From Lytechinus pictus (Eukaryota), in contig NC_087246.1 of NCBI RefSeq assembly GCF_037042905.1, forward strand, positions 5,892,001 to 5,956,000: a DNA stretch of 64,000 nt. The letters run 5' to 3'. Positions within the stretch are counted from its first letter, which is position 1; the number at the start of each line of letters is the position of its first letter. The position numbers were made by a program, and so were the translations under genes. This document shows, piece after piece, positions 1 to 12,700 of this stretch. The notes under the pieces were generated by a model. It was not told where the DNA came from. It did not search any database and saw only the letters and a program-made list of their open reading frames with translations.

Positions 1-1357
1 CCCCAAAATAAAAAAATTATAAAAATTTTCCTGAAGGTAATCCATTCCTGTAACATTTGGAATTTTATCACTTTTATTTGATTTTAAAACATACAAGTTT
101 GAAAAGGTTATAACAAAAATTGAAATACATGTACTTCCTTGTGTACATGTTCATGATGCAGTGTAGTGTGTTTGGAAACATTTAAAAATGGTACATACTG
201 CCAAAAAAAATGCTTCTTTAGATAGTGTAAACGCCCTTTCCTCCCTAAAAAAAGTACATGTATGTTGCAGGTTGTATTGCCAGTACAGTAAAGGTATTGT
301 TACACATCCTTACTGATAATACAACAAAAAGAAAAATAGTAAAATGTTACTGTACATTGATGCTTGCTAGCACTTTATTGCAACTGTAGACTGACATTGT
401 TTTTGTTGACATTCTTGTGTTACCCAGTTAATCAAGGAATGACCGTAGTGTTGAATTTTTGAAGACCTTTGATCCTAGTAACACTCTATTTGGCTTGAGA
501 CAATGCATCGTAAAACCTATGCTTTTGTTTATAGTATTCTGTATGCTCAAAGATTCAACAATGGGATAACGACCTACATGAAAATCGCTTGTCTTGAGCC
601 TTTGGTAATGTAAAAAGACACACATCGATTGGACATTTTTTTGTGTTTGCTGCATTTATTGCAGCAAGTAAGCCTTCCTATAGTATCATGCAGCAAAAAC
701 AAAGAAGAATAAAAACATGGAAGAAAGTGGCTTCGTACAAGATTTAGCAATTTTTCATTGACATGCTATTATACATTTATTGATTTGATTTATTATTTTT
801 TTCATGGATGGCAAATTTTAGTTTATGTTGTATACATGTACAATCATATCTTTTTTGCAATTCCAGTACATGGAGGCATACATGCTTTGGTGTATGGCCT
901 TCCCTGTGAGGAGTTGATATTGATGCACAGACTACAGTAGTATGCATTCTTGAATGCCATATCTTTGTGCTATTACCCTGCATAGCAGTATTATTGCCTA
1001 ATTAGCTATGCTTTGACTAGAAGGCCCACCTATAATGGAATAAACATGAAAAGATCCCTCTGTGAACCCAATCACAATTGGCTTGGTTCAGGCCGACCTA
1101 AATCTGGCGGTATCGTCTCATTTTGAGATCAGACAGCTTGCCGAATTCAGACTTGAAAGTCTGCCGCGGCGCACACACAAAATTGAATCATGCACGTGAG
1201 ACAATCAGCTTCTATGCTAGTCTTACATTCAGGCTTTAAGTTCAAACTATAGTTTTGTCTAACAGTGAATCAATGAGGGCCAAAATATACATGTATGTCA
1301 TACTGTGGAATCAAGGTCGTAAAGTAAATTCAAGAAATTATAAAAGAGATTGGACTC

Positions 1358-2058
1358 TTAATCCTAAATAGACTGGGCTATTCTGACGCCTAAGAAGACG
1401 GGGGGGGGGGGCTGATTCTGCCCCCCTTACGATCTTGGCCGTTGATCGCGGTGAAAATTGACACATGCGTTACAGAAAACTATATTATAATATAAAAATC
1501 TCATAGCTAATTAATTCTGATAATTTATGTGTAAATAAGTTTGCTCTAATTAACTAAATTCAGGTGTAATGTCCCTAAAAATTCTTAATTTTGGTTCACT
1601 GACTCTTTATAGGAATCTGATCAAATGTGCTAACAAAAATTTCGATGTCACATTAATTTTTATGTGTTTTGTTGTTTTCTAAAGTTCTTATATATTTCTT
1701 TGATTTTAACTTTTTTTAAAATTGTTTTTTCAATGGAAATTGTCAGGGACTTTATTTTTACCATAAACAAGATGAAATTTAGTTTTATTTTAATCAGTAA
1801 AAGGAAAAATATAAGATACATTGATGAATTTTGGCTAAAAACACTATTTGCGGTGAATTTGTACATGAATTTTTTGAGCAATTTTTGGTCTGCATGCACT
1901 TACGAAATGTTGCGTGATTTCAGAACCGCTTACCTGGGGGGGGGGATCACTATTTTGGTCTCAAAAATTTGTGCGAGACTTAAAGTAAAAATTCAGTGAG
2001 CAACACTAAAAAAAAAAATTGAATTGAACTGGGGTGGGACCCCAGTCTTATTAGGGTA
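1358..2058. mobile_element. Non-autonomous DNA transposon, piggyBac-like ends
   Basis: Left TTAATCCTAAATAGACTGGG and right CCCAGTCTTATTAGGGTA form degenerate TIRs with TTAA-CCC-type termini; no ORF. Confidence 0.6.
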
Positions 2059-2517
2059 CTAGTGCTCAGATAATGCTTTGTTAAGTGTTTACAAAGGTCA
2101 AGGATGTACATGTAGGTGATAATTCCTCAAACTTATTTTTTTCACTTGAGATATCTTCATAGTCTCAGACACATTTGTAGAATCCGACTTGCTTTAAAAT
2201 GTTGTTGCCTACATTTTACACCTGGGGGGGGGGAGGGAGGGGGCTGCATTCATGTATGTCTTACCTTCTGGCATGGGCAATGCAGTTTCTTTTTTTAAGT
2301 TTATATGGTAAATCTTGATGATATTGTCATTTCATCTTTCACATCAGTGATTGAAATTGGAGGGGATCTCATTATCACAAAACCTAAAAGTTCTTGTACA
2401 TTCGCATCTTTTTCTCAAATGTCATACACTATTGTGATTTTCATGATTTTGGAAGATTCATGCCCTGTGTGATGGTAATCAATACATTTTTTTTAATCAA
2501 GCTTTTATTGATATTTT

Positions 2518-2680
2518 ATTTACTTCGGTAGAATAATTTCTACTCTACTTTAAAATGAGTAAAAACTTGTAATATGCACAAATCTACTTTTTATACATGT
2601 ATAAAAAGTAGATCTATGCATATTATTACAAGTTTTTACTCATTTTAAAGTAGAGTAGAAATTATTCTACCAAAGTAAAT
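2518..2680. repeat. Near-perfect 163-bp palindrome with no spacer
   Basis: Arms 2518-2597 and 2598-2680 are reverse complements apart from a 3-nt indel and about three mismatches; the centre is TACATGTA. Confidence 0.9.
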
Positions 2681-3863
2681 GTAGATATACATCCTAACTT
2701 TATCTCAAGTGAAAATCTCCATGTCTGACAAACATGTGGAGAGAAGTAACATTGTCATTCTCTTATTTATTTTAAGGCTGAATACATCATGAATAAATTG
2801 GTGAAATGTTGGCTGTCACAGAATATACATGTACGTTCTATGATACATTCATATTGCAGCGGTGCATACAGTAATTGTGCTGTATTACTGGTGTAGATAG
2901 CAAGATCCACCTCCGATAAGTAATACACCTGGAACAGAGAATTACGCCTGCGTGTTAATCCAGTTACAAGCGAGGAATCTTTGCACACGGAGGAGTGCGC
3001 AGTGACAGTAATTATCAACTATGTGCCCTGAGCAAAGCTAAAAGCCAGCCGCGGTACCCCTCTACATTGCAGTTTAGTGCTCCCGGGCAGGAGAGATGAG
3101 ATTGAGAGATAACTGATGAAATAACAAAGCATTATTGTGAGATTTGTGACTAAACGTAGATGGAGGGGAAGCAGAGAAGAGAGAGAAAATTATTTGAATA
3201 CATTTTTGAGGGTGAGATTCATACTAACCATATCAGCATTGCTATCGTAGGGCTGCTTCACTTTTAAACAGTCTTCATTCATTGGCCTTGAATGTGGAAG
3301 CGTCACGCACCGGTCGGTCGGTCGGTCGGCAAAGCACTCATAAAAAATTGAAAAGCTTTGTTGCCTTTGTTAATTTATTGCTTTGATGGGATAATCATGT
3401 TAAGTGTTTATGAACAAGAGCGGGCAGACACAAAGCTTTGGTGAAATGAATGGATTTTTAGAAAAACCAGTCCATTTATAGGTTCTGATGAAATAGATAA
3501 GGGATTCGAGGGCCCACTACAGTGATTACAATCTTTTTGAAATTTTGAAAATGAGGAAGGGTGGGGGCTTTATTTTCTATGATTTTTATACATTTTCCTT
3601 CTCTTGTTTTCTTTTTGTAATTTTATTGTGCACAATATATTTTGTACACACATTTCACCACCCCCCCTCCCCCTCCCCCTTAAAATAAAGACATGTAATT
3701 TATGAAAGTTACATATATCCATGCATATATGTACATGGAGCTGCAGCATCACCAATCCTCTGTGCTAGATTTTGATCAGCATTCATTTACATACATGATA
3801 CCCCTTTGCCATTAAGGGCCTTTTAATCGCCATAGTATCAATTTTATGATGTAAAAGACTAAA

Positions 3864-4768
3864 GGGCCGTCTGCACCATCCCGAGTTTTCAAATTAGCGC
3901 GCTATTTCTGATCCGGCAAATTATCCCGATCTGAAAAATCTCGAGATAGTTTGCAGTGGAGACGCAATTATCGCGCTAGTTCGTAGGATTAATCTCGAGA
4001 TTGCAATCCCAAGTCAACTCGGGTTTATTTGCAAAATAGCGCGCTATTTTACGAATTATCCCGCTAATTCGTAGGTGCAGACGCACTCGAGATTGGACTC
4101 GGGGTAATTTATTCATGACGTCAGTCCATAATGCAATTCGCGTTCCACTTCCGCCTTGGTCAAAACATAAACACGTGCGAAAGTCAACTTTATACATGCG
4201 AATAGATATTATCGCGAATAGCGTTCATCAATTGCCTAATCAGCAACGATGGTGTCCCACCAGTGAATGGATTTTGGGAGAGACCAGACCGAAGGGGGAG
4301 GCGCTCATCAACGATGGTCATATTCAATAACAACACTGACAGCAGTGTCGTCTTATTCCTTCGCAAAATGTGAGCAAAAAGCATTTCTTTTCTCCTTCTC
4401 TCCCTCTCTCTCTCTCTCTGTCGTTGCCTCCTACTCCGCCATCATATTTAACGAAGAATACATCACTTCATCACTCGCTGAGCTGAGAGGATTGTTGCAT
4501 AACACCGGTCGAATTCGGCGAAAGTGCTAGTGAAAGGAGTACATTGCTTGCATATCGCGGGAAGTTATTCAAAAGCGCGGGCCGTTGAAACTCCAAGATC
4601 CGAAAGTGCGCATGCTCGGAATATCGGGCTTGTTGCCTCGCTCGAGCAGGAATCGCTCTTCTTGCAATGGTGGAGACGGGGTTTCTTGAATCTCGAGATT
4701 AATCGCGAAGTAGGCCGATCGGGCTAAAATCTCGAGATTGAGCAAACTCGGGATGGTGCAGCACCGCC
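3864..4768 (-). mobile_element. PIF/Harbinger-type non-autonomous element with transposase remnant
   Basis: TIRs GGGCCGTCTGCACCATCCCGAGTTT / AAACTCGGGATGGTGCAGCACCGCC, TAA/TTA-like flanks, decayed HARBI1-like peptide on the minus strand; second copy at 11444-11815. Confidence 0.8.
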
Positions 4769-5005
4769 TTAAAAGTATTTCGTCTTGCAAAAAAGTTAGA
4801 CCAGTGCTGACCTTGCTACCAAGTTCTCGACTTGCCCAAGCTCACACATGCATGCCTGTGATGGTGGCTGCGAGAGATGGTTAGGTCGCCCAAAATTTAA
4901 AAGCCATGAGGAAAATTTGGCTAGCCCAAATCTTTCTAGCCCAATGTGAAAGGGGTATTAATTTTATAAGTCACTCTGTCTTTTCCACAGAACAAAATTA
5001 CCAAA

Positions 5006-6043
5006 GAGGCCGTTCTCATAACACTTTCTAAAACTAGTTTACTGGAAACCGATTTAGGAAACCAGTTTGGAAGATAACTTTGCTAGCGTTCCCACTTGAT
5101 CATCCGAAAGTGGTTTTCAAAATCACTTCACGTAAAGCGATCTTGATGCTATGGAAATGCTCTCAGTGGGGTGACACGTTTCGCGCAAAATTCAAAACTG
5201 CAGCATAGATGTTTTACACACAGCGTGTGGAGTAGCGCTCTCAAAATGTTCTTACCGAAGAATGGTTGTGTCCTCACTTACCCTAAAACCAGTTTAACAA
5301 GGCAAAGCGATCTTGAAAACTATATCTTGTCTGTCATACACCACGTACACTGTATACCTAACTTCAAAATCACCCAAATTCAAAAACTTCAGAATTCAGC
5401 AGCTCGCATTGTTTCTCTGTCAAATAAACATGATCACATCACTCCTGTTCTTAAAGACCTCCAAATTTGGTTGCCCATAAAAGATTGCATAGTTTTCAAA
5501 ATTCTACTTCTGATTTATAATATATCATCATATATCATATCATGGATCCGCATTCGATTACAACTAGATACAATACTTTCGACCTGTACGCACACTGTGA
5601 TCATCTGAATCTAGTCTCTTACATATGCAACTATCTAAAAATCCTGGGGCGATCGAGCCTTTGCTCATGCCGGACCAGCCCTGTGGAAAATTCACTACCA
5701 CAGGAGCTGAAGAACTCAAACTCTGCAACCTAAAATTGCATTTGTTCTCCAGCGGGTACTAGGTTTGAAGACAGATATTTTTCCTCATTTGTAATTTACC
5801 CTTTCTTGTACTTCTCTAAGTTATCTTTACTTTTATGTTTTGCTCTCTTCTAAGCGCCTTGAGCATTTAATCAAAATGGAAAAGACGTTATAATTATATA
5901 TGTATCATTATTATTATCGCAAGGTGGTTTTCTGAACTGGTTTGGAAGATCACTTCCAAGACTGCTTCGAACGTTCTCATTACACGTTAAACTAGTTTCC
6001 AGTAAACTACATGTAGTTTTAGGGCGGTAATAAGAACGGGGTC
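5006..6043 (+). mobile_element. Harbinger-like MITE (GACCCCGTTCTCATTACAC family) interrupted by a LINE fragment
   Basis: TIRs CCGTTCTCATAACACTTTCTAAAACTAGTTTACTGG at both ends; colinear with the intact copy at 10386-10820 except for the 5327-5915 insert. Confidence 0.85.
5327..5915 (+). mobile_element. 5'-truncated L2-clade LINE 3' end (decayed ORF2 C-terminus, 3'UTR, (ATT)n tail)
   Basis: Encodes QKLQNSAARIV..KHDHITPVLKDLQIWLPIK..IVFKILLLIY and, after frameshifts, GDRAFAHAGPALW..LPQEL, typical of L2 ORF2 ends; then AAGCGCCTTGAGCAT and an ATT tail; possible (T)ATC target duplication. Confidence 0.85.
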
Positions 6044-6135
6044 TTTGTATCCTTGGTCATACAAATAATAAGGTTTCAATTACATTCTGTAATAGATTTC
6101 TCCAATCACATGCATTCCAGTTTTACATGTCGTCA

Positions 6136-6471
6136 GCGGCCGTCAGAACCGTTGTATCGTGATACGACAATGCGAAACCCAAGAGAAAATTTACTTCAAA
6201 GTTTACTATAATTTGCACTTTTTCTCCCAAGCCGTACACTTGGTAGGAAAGACCATGACATTTTATTTTACACATTACCAAGATTTACCAAGAATTAGAG
6301 AAGATACATGTATCGCAAAAGAGCTACATGCTTGTAATTTCTGTACAAAAATGCCATAGGGAAAACAACAACCCTGACTGCAATTTCAATGCACCCGATC
6401 AAGCTTAACGTTGTATCCCTCTTTCACGTGCAAAGTCAATGCACTGCAAATACGACGGTTTGGCTGACCGC
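6136..6471. mobile_element. MITE-like element
   Basis: Imperfect TIRs GCGGCCGTCAGAACCGTTGTA / TACGACGGTTTGGCTGACCGC. Confidence 0.5.
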
Positions 6472-8265
6472 GTATTTGCATATGAAGCGCGTGTAGCTGT
6501 TGTTTACTTGCTACAGTACACATTTCCACCGGGATTTGCGCATTTCATCAAAAGTTTGTATGGCATTGCCTTTAAAATCCCCTCATATCTCAAACTAAAA
6601 TAAATTGCTGCCTAGAAATATAGATTAGGACTTGCATTTTGTGCAAAAATCTCAAAATCAATTCTTCTGACCAAAATTGACTGATATAACTGTTGGGATG
6701 AACGCCAACGATGTATCAGTTCAAAGGTTTATTTGAAGTAATATTTTTTTCCTAGATTAGTTTTAGCATTTTAATAGATCTCTTTTTTTACAAAATATTA
6801 TAGAGCAACCTTCTGTATATCTTTCAAGCATCTTATGTGAAGTTTGAAGTTTTCCAGAGTATCTCTTTGTTGAACTTCACCATGGAATCCCTGCTGGGTT
6901 AGAACTCTCTGTGTGGGCTGCTGTGATGCGAGATTGAAACTGTTGCAATTTAGCTTCTAACGAATCGCGCATACTCAACAAATATTGCCAATTTAGTTGC
7001 AGTATGGGGTCCTTACAAAGCTCTCAGATATTTTGTTTGTGTGATCCAAGACTGGGGTGGGGATTGATGATGAGGGTGGGGAAGATTGATGAGATCCATT
7101 CAAGAATGAATGAAAGCAAAGGACCAATCTTGATTATGTTTTAAGCAGGACAGGTAATGAATGATTCAGTAATTCTACATGGCCCAAAACAAACTTGCTG
7201 ATTTTTACAGTGACCATACTTTTGATTGCAGAAATAAGAGGGTACTCTGTAGGCCCTATCAGCTTGCTATTAAATTTGTATCATGTAGCAGGGATCCTAA
7301 ATAATGAATATAACTGGAGAAAAATAAAGCCTTTAATGTCATGAATATAGAAATAATTGCAATGGAATGGATAACATTGATGTGGCAAGAAATACACATG
7401 AAGTTACAGCTGCTTTGCAAAACGTTCTGCATGTAGTACCTGCATCCTGATTTGGTACAGACTGAGTGGTGAATAGACTCCCTTCTTTTTTAGTCACACA
7501 CACACATGCATATAAAAAAAAGGATAAATTGTTGTTCCAGGAATTTTGCATCTAAATTAGTTGAATCACTAAACCTCCAGACCAAATTCATAGGATTTTC
7601 TTTTGTTTTTATTAGGTTCTAACCTTACCCAAACTTTTCTCTCTTAAAAAAAAATGATTTCCTCCTTTGATATTGAAATTATTTCCAAATTTGGATTGGG
7701 GATGGTAGAGGTAAGGCAGAATACCGAGGAGAGGGAGGGGGGGGGGGGTGTTAAACATTTCCAACCCCATCATACTCTGGCAATTTAAAATTAAGTTAGA
7801 GCCTATTAGAAGGACTGCGGATGTGTTTGTCAGTGTAACAACTGTGGCAATTGTGGCTAACAAATAGCTGAAGCCTAAATTCCTAAACCGAATTAACCTT
7901 TTATGACATTTTGCCAGATCCCACAAATTCTGAAAACAACTCTGATTTTCCTTTTCTTGTCCTTCTCTTGTTTTTCCTTTTGTGCTTGAAGTGTAGGCCT
8001 ATTTCTCTCTTCTCTTATTTTAGTTTGAGCATGAATCACCCACATGTAGAATTGTGTTCTCTCTCACCCCCCCCCCCCCCTCTTTCTCTTCATCTTGAAT
8101 GTCTCTATTCATCTTAGATTTTGTGTGCTTTATAGGCTAATGATGTACATCAATTTCTATTGGTATTTAAACAACTAACTTCACACTCAACTTTGTTATC
8201 CCTTGTACAAATTTGGTGAAATTTCAGTGTTATGTTTGTCTGATTTTACTGAATTTTACTTTATT

Positions 8266-8685
8266 CTAAGGGGAATCCCACCTTGGTAATAGAATTATAT
8301 CAGAGAATTTTTGTCAGGACTCCAAGAAAGAACAGTAATGTTACCAGCATTGCTAAATTGGGCTACCCTCTGATTCGATACATGTTATTACTTTTATTAT
8401 AATACTATTCTTTATTTGTTATTTACTGTACTTGTTTGATCTGTTCGGAAATGGAAACCAAAGGGAAATGATACAAAAAGGTTACAGTAAAATTACCTGC
8501 GCAGCTCGTTTGAAATCCCCATAGTGTTTACAACTTTTTTACAGCTGCTAAGAATTCATATTTTTCTTATCATTTGTTTGATTATTGTTCACAATTTTGT
8601 ACAGGTTGTGTTTGTACCTGCTACTCTTTATTTCTGTTTTTGTAAATTTCAAAATAATTTTCTATTGGGTTGGATTACCCTTTAA
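8266..8685. mobile_element. Degenerate Kolobok-like MITE
   Basis: (C)TAAGGGGAATCCCACC ... GGGTTGGATTACCCTTTAA; same end type as 38176-38785. Confidence 0.55.
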
Positions 8686-9288
8686 GTTTAAATTAAGTCT
8701 CTGAATCTATTTAATTTACACAGTAGTATAAAAATATTTTGTATTGTGAACCTCATGTAATCTGTAGCATTTCTTTTTCATGATACTATTTCACCAGGGA
8801 ATTTATCTTTACCACCTACATGTACATGTATGCATTGATTGTAAACAGAAACATATTAATCCAATGAAATCCTAAGTGTAACATGAACGACATGTGATTT
8901 TCCAGAGAAAGGGGCATTAATTCTAACTCTTGTTTCCTTCTTTACTTGTCACCAAGGCAGCTTCTTCACCCAATTTGGATCCCACTTACCACCTCCGTTG
9001 GATGCTAGCTCGCCCCTTAACATAGGACGGCAGGTGCATGGAAGGGACCTGCTGTGCCCTCCCATGCCTTCTGTGCCTCCCCCCCCCCCTCCACCCTCCA
9101 CTCTGTGCTGATATTCATTCATATTATGAATGATACTGAAAGCGACCTGTGCATTACATATTTGATTGTTACAATGTTCAAATGAGTGAAATTGTGTGAG
9201 GAGAAAGCATTTTCCCTGTAATAAACTGTCCTTTAAATGATACTGAGTGGTTGAAAAGAGTAGTGTACATAGCACCTTCTACATGATA

Positions 9289-9316
9289 GCACACACACAC
9301 ACACACACACACACAC
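9289..9316. repeat. (CA)n microsatellite
   Basis: About 13 CA units seen directly. Confidence 0.9.
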
Positions 9317-9731
9317 TGTCACCATTATTATCCACCCAATGAATACGAGATTCAATATTCAAGACATATATTTGCCGAAAGATTAATCAGTATTTTGTCC
9401 TTTTATTAAAAATTTGACAGGAAATATATTACAAAATATTCGAACATATAAATATCAAGTCATAAACTAAAAATATTGCAACATTTTGATGAAATGCGTA
9501 ATGTTCCTGATTGTTGAAAGCACCAAGTACTATTTAAATTCTACCTTCTATTTGTATCTGTCAAGATTTTTTCTGAAAATATTTCATTTCATGGGTATAA
9601 TTGAATGTTAACTTTGCATTCAAATCCTTGATAACCAGATTAATATTATTCTGCAAATATTATATTTTAATCTAAACTGATTGGAATTGAAATGATGAAA
9701 AACTAATGTGATTTTGTCTTTTTTTTTTCAG

Positions 9732-12700
9732 AGCTAAAGCGAGAGAGGGAATTGCTGCAGTATCAGTGAGGTCTACCGATGGCGAAGATTGGAATACACT
9801 GTCTATGGTCAAGCAGAAATCCTTTGCAATGGTAACAGCAGAGGGAATGAGATCTGTTTCGGACACTCCCACCACTGAAAGGTAACAATATAATACTATC
9901 TCTTTTTTTTTTTTTCTTGTTAGCCATCCTAACATTGAGTGAGACTTAGACCCCCACTCTCATCAACATGTATATTTAAACCTGTATAGTGGAAACCAGG
10001 TTAATGTGTAATGAGAACGCTCAAAGTGGTCTTCAAAACCAGTTTTGAAATCCACCTCACAATGTAGTTTTCAAACAGCTTTGCCTCAACCGGTCTCCAC
10101 AAAGCGATCTTGACCTGGCAGTATGATACATGTACTGTATGCATATTGGGGTGATACTCAGTACACACAGTATGTAGAATGCTAATGATTGTGCCTACAC
10201 GTAGTACACGATGGTTTCATTTTTTTTTTGTGAAAGATGTGACCCCACTGATAGCATTCCCATAGCAACAAGACCACTTTCCGTGAAGTGGTTCTAGAAA
10301 CCACTTCAGGAGATGGTGATGAGAATGCTAGTGAAGTGATCTTCTAAACTGGTTTAAGGGAAGCCAGTTCAAGAAATTAGGCTAAGACCCCGTTCTCATT
10401 ACACTTTCTAAAACTAGTTATACTGGAAACCGGTTCAGGAAACCAGTTTGGAAGATCACTTTGCTAGCGTTCCCATTTGATCATCTGAAAGTGGTTTTAA
10501 AATCACTTCACGTAAAGCGATCTTGTTGCTACCGGAACGCTCTCAGTAGGGTGACCAGTTTCGTGCGAAATTCGAAACTGCAGCGTAGGCATTCTACACA
10601 CAGTGTGTGGAGAAGCCTGCTCAAAATGTGCGAAGATCGCTTCCCGAAGAACAATTGTGTCCTCACTTACGCTAAAACCAGTTTAACGAGGCAAAGCGAT
10701 CTTGAAAACTAAATCGCGAGGTGGTTTTATGAACCGGTTTAGAAGATTGTTTCCAAGATCGCTTCAACCGTTCTCATTACACGTTAAACTAGTTTTAAGA
10801 AGGTAGTGAGAACGGTGTTCTAGATGAGAACAGGGTCTAAGTGCCATCCCATTAACATCCTTTACTTTAGGTCAGCCGAAAAGTTTCAATGTACCAAATG
10901 CCTATGCAAAGCATTTTGGTGGGTTTATGGTGCTAACAAGAGAAGGAACATGAAAGGTGGTTTCAAACCGCCTCCATCACAAGAATCCCTGTTAAATTAC
11001 AAGAACTTTTTCAGGCTAAAAACTACCGGTACCCATTGACCATTTTTGCATTCACACCGCCTCGAAACAAACTCTTCGCGATAATTTCCCAAAGTTACGA
11101 GCATTCGCAGTATGGTCTGATAAGCAAGCAAGGTGCGAGATTCAAAATCGCTAGCTCAACAGCCACCCAAGGTGCCTGTGCCCAATTACACGCTGGGCTA
11201 AAAGTTCCTGTAATTTGCTTTCACAATTCACACTGCCAGATTACCTGCGACCTTGGAAAAATTTGTGTGAAAGTTCTCGTAATTTTGACAAGTACCTACT
11301 ATTTAGCGGGTATTTTCTTTCGGGGAGATTATGCGTAATTTGCTTTCACACTGCCAAAATACCTGGAACTGACTAACTTCGAGGCGATCTGAAACCACCG
11401 AGAGCACCTTGTATTTGAGATGGCCTATATTTTGGTGGCATTAGAGCCGTTTGCACTAGCCCGAGTTTCTGATCCAGCAAATTATCCCTATCTGAACATT
11501 CTCAAGATTATTTGTAATGGAGATGCAATCATCGCGATAGTTCGCTGGATTAATCTCGAAATTGCAAACCTAAGTCAACTTAGGAATATTTGCAAAATAG
11601 AGCGCTATTTTTTAATTATCCCGCTAATTTTGATTCGACTCAGGATTATTTATTCATGGTGTCAGTCCATAATGCATCGATGCCTCGCTCGAGCACCTAT
11701 TGCTCTTCTTGCGCTGGTGGAGATGGGGTTTCTTGAATCTCAAGTTTAATCGCATAGAGGGCTGATCAGGCTAAAATCTCAAGATTGAGCAAACTTATGC
11801 TGGTGCAGCACCGCCTATTGAGAAACTTTTTGCCAGCCCAATCCTGGCATAAACTATATGATGATGCTTTACCTGTAGGAGTTTTTATGTAAGTTTTCTA
11901 TCAAATTCTGGGAGAAGGAACAGAAAATGTATCTATGAGAAATCAATGTGTTTATTCTTTTCTGTTCAGAAGTTCAGATTGGCTAGCGATAGGGAAAAGG
12001 TGTGTCAAGCTCTCGATTGATACCCTAAATTGAATTGATTTTTTTCTTTACAATGGAGGAGCAAAAAAATTGTGAATGACTCTCAACTGAAACCATATGT
12101 TTTCAAGTGCATAGAGGAAGAGAGTCACTGACAAGAGAACTATTGCTGGAGCAGCTAGTCTTGGTTCTAGCATATTTCCGACCATTGTGACAATTAGGAT
12201 TAGCTAGCTAAAGAAAACCAACAACCATCAACTCTAGTTTGAAGCCTTGGTTGATATGATTATCAAACTCTCAAGATTGGTAAAGAATGTTTTTACATGG
12301 TAAGCAATCAGACAACTGATGATGATTGGTACATTACTAAAGTAGGGAAGGACATTGGTTTTCCAGACCTTAAATTTCAATATTTTCAGGGCAAATCCAC
12401 TTCTTCATAGGACACATTATCCTTATTACAGCACAAATGGAAAATGGTCAATAGAGCACAACAATATCTAATACCCCTTTCATAAACCCATCCTCCAATT
12501 AGCCGCCTAAGAGTAATGCGGATAATTTAATAAAAATTGCGTTTACAAACTCCGAAAATAATCCGCACTATTTTTCGAGCGCCCGTCCTGAAAAAGGCGG
12601 ATAATCGTCATGACAACTGCACACGCCCCCTCCGATGCAGTTGTGTTGGAAAAGGGTGACCTTGTGACCGCACCATGGCTATTATCCGCATTATTTGGAA

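Noticed and set aside
5171..5608. 145-aa ORF as a host gene
   Set aside because: Chimera of MITE sequence and a decayed L2 ORF2 fragment.
1..9731. 5' exons of TMEM132
   Set aside because: No ORF with a signal peptide or TMEM132 N-terminal motifs bounded by splice sites was found; they are probably upstream of the window.
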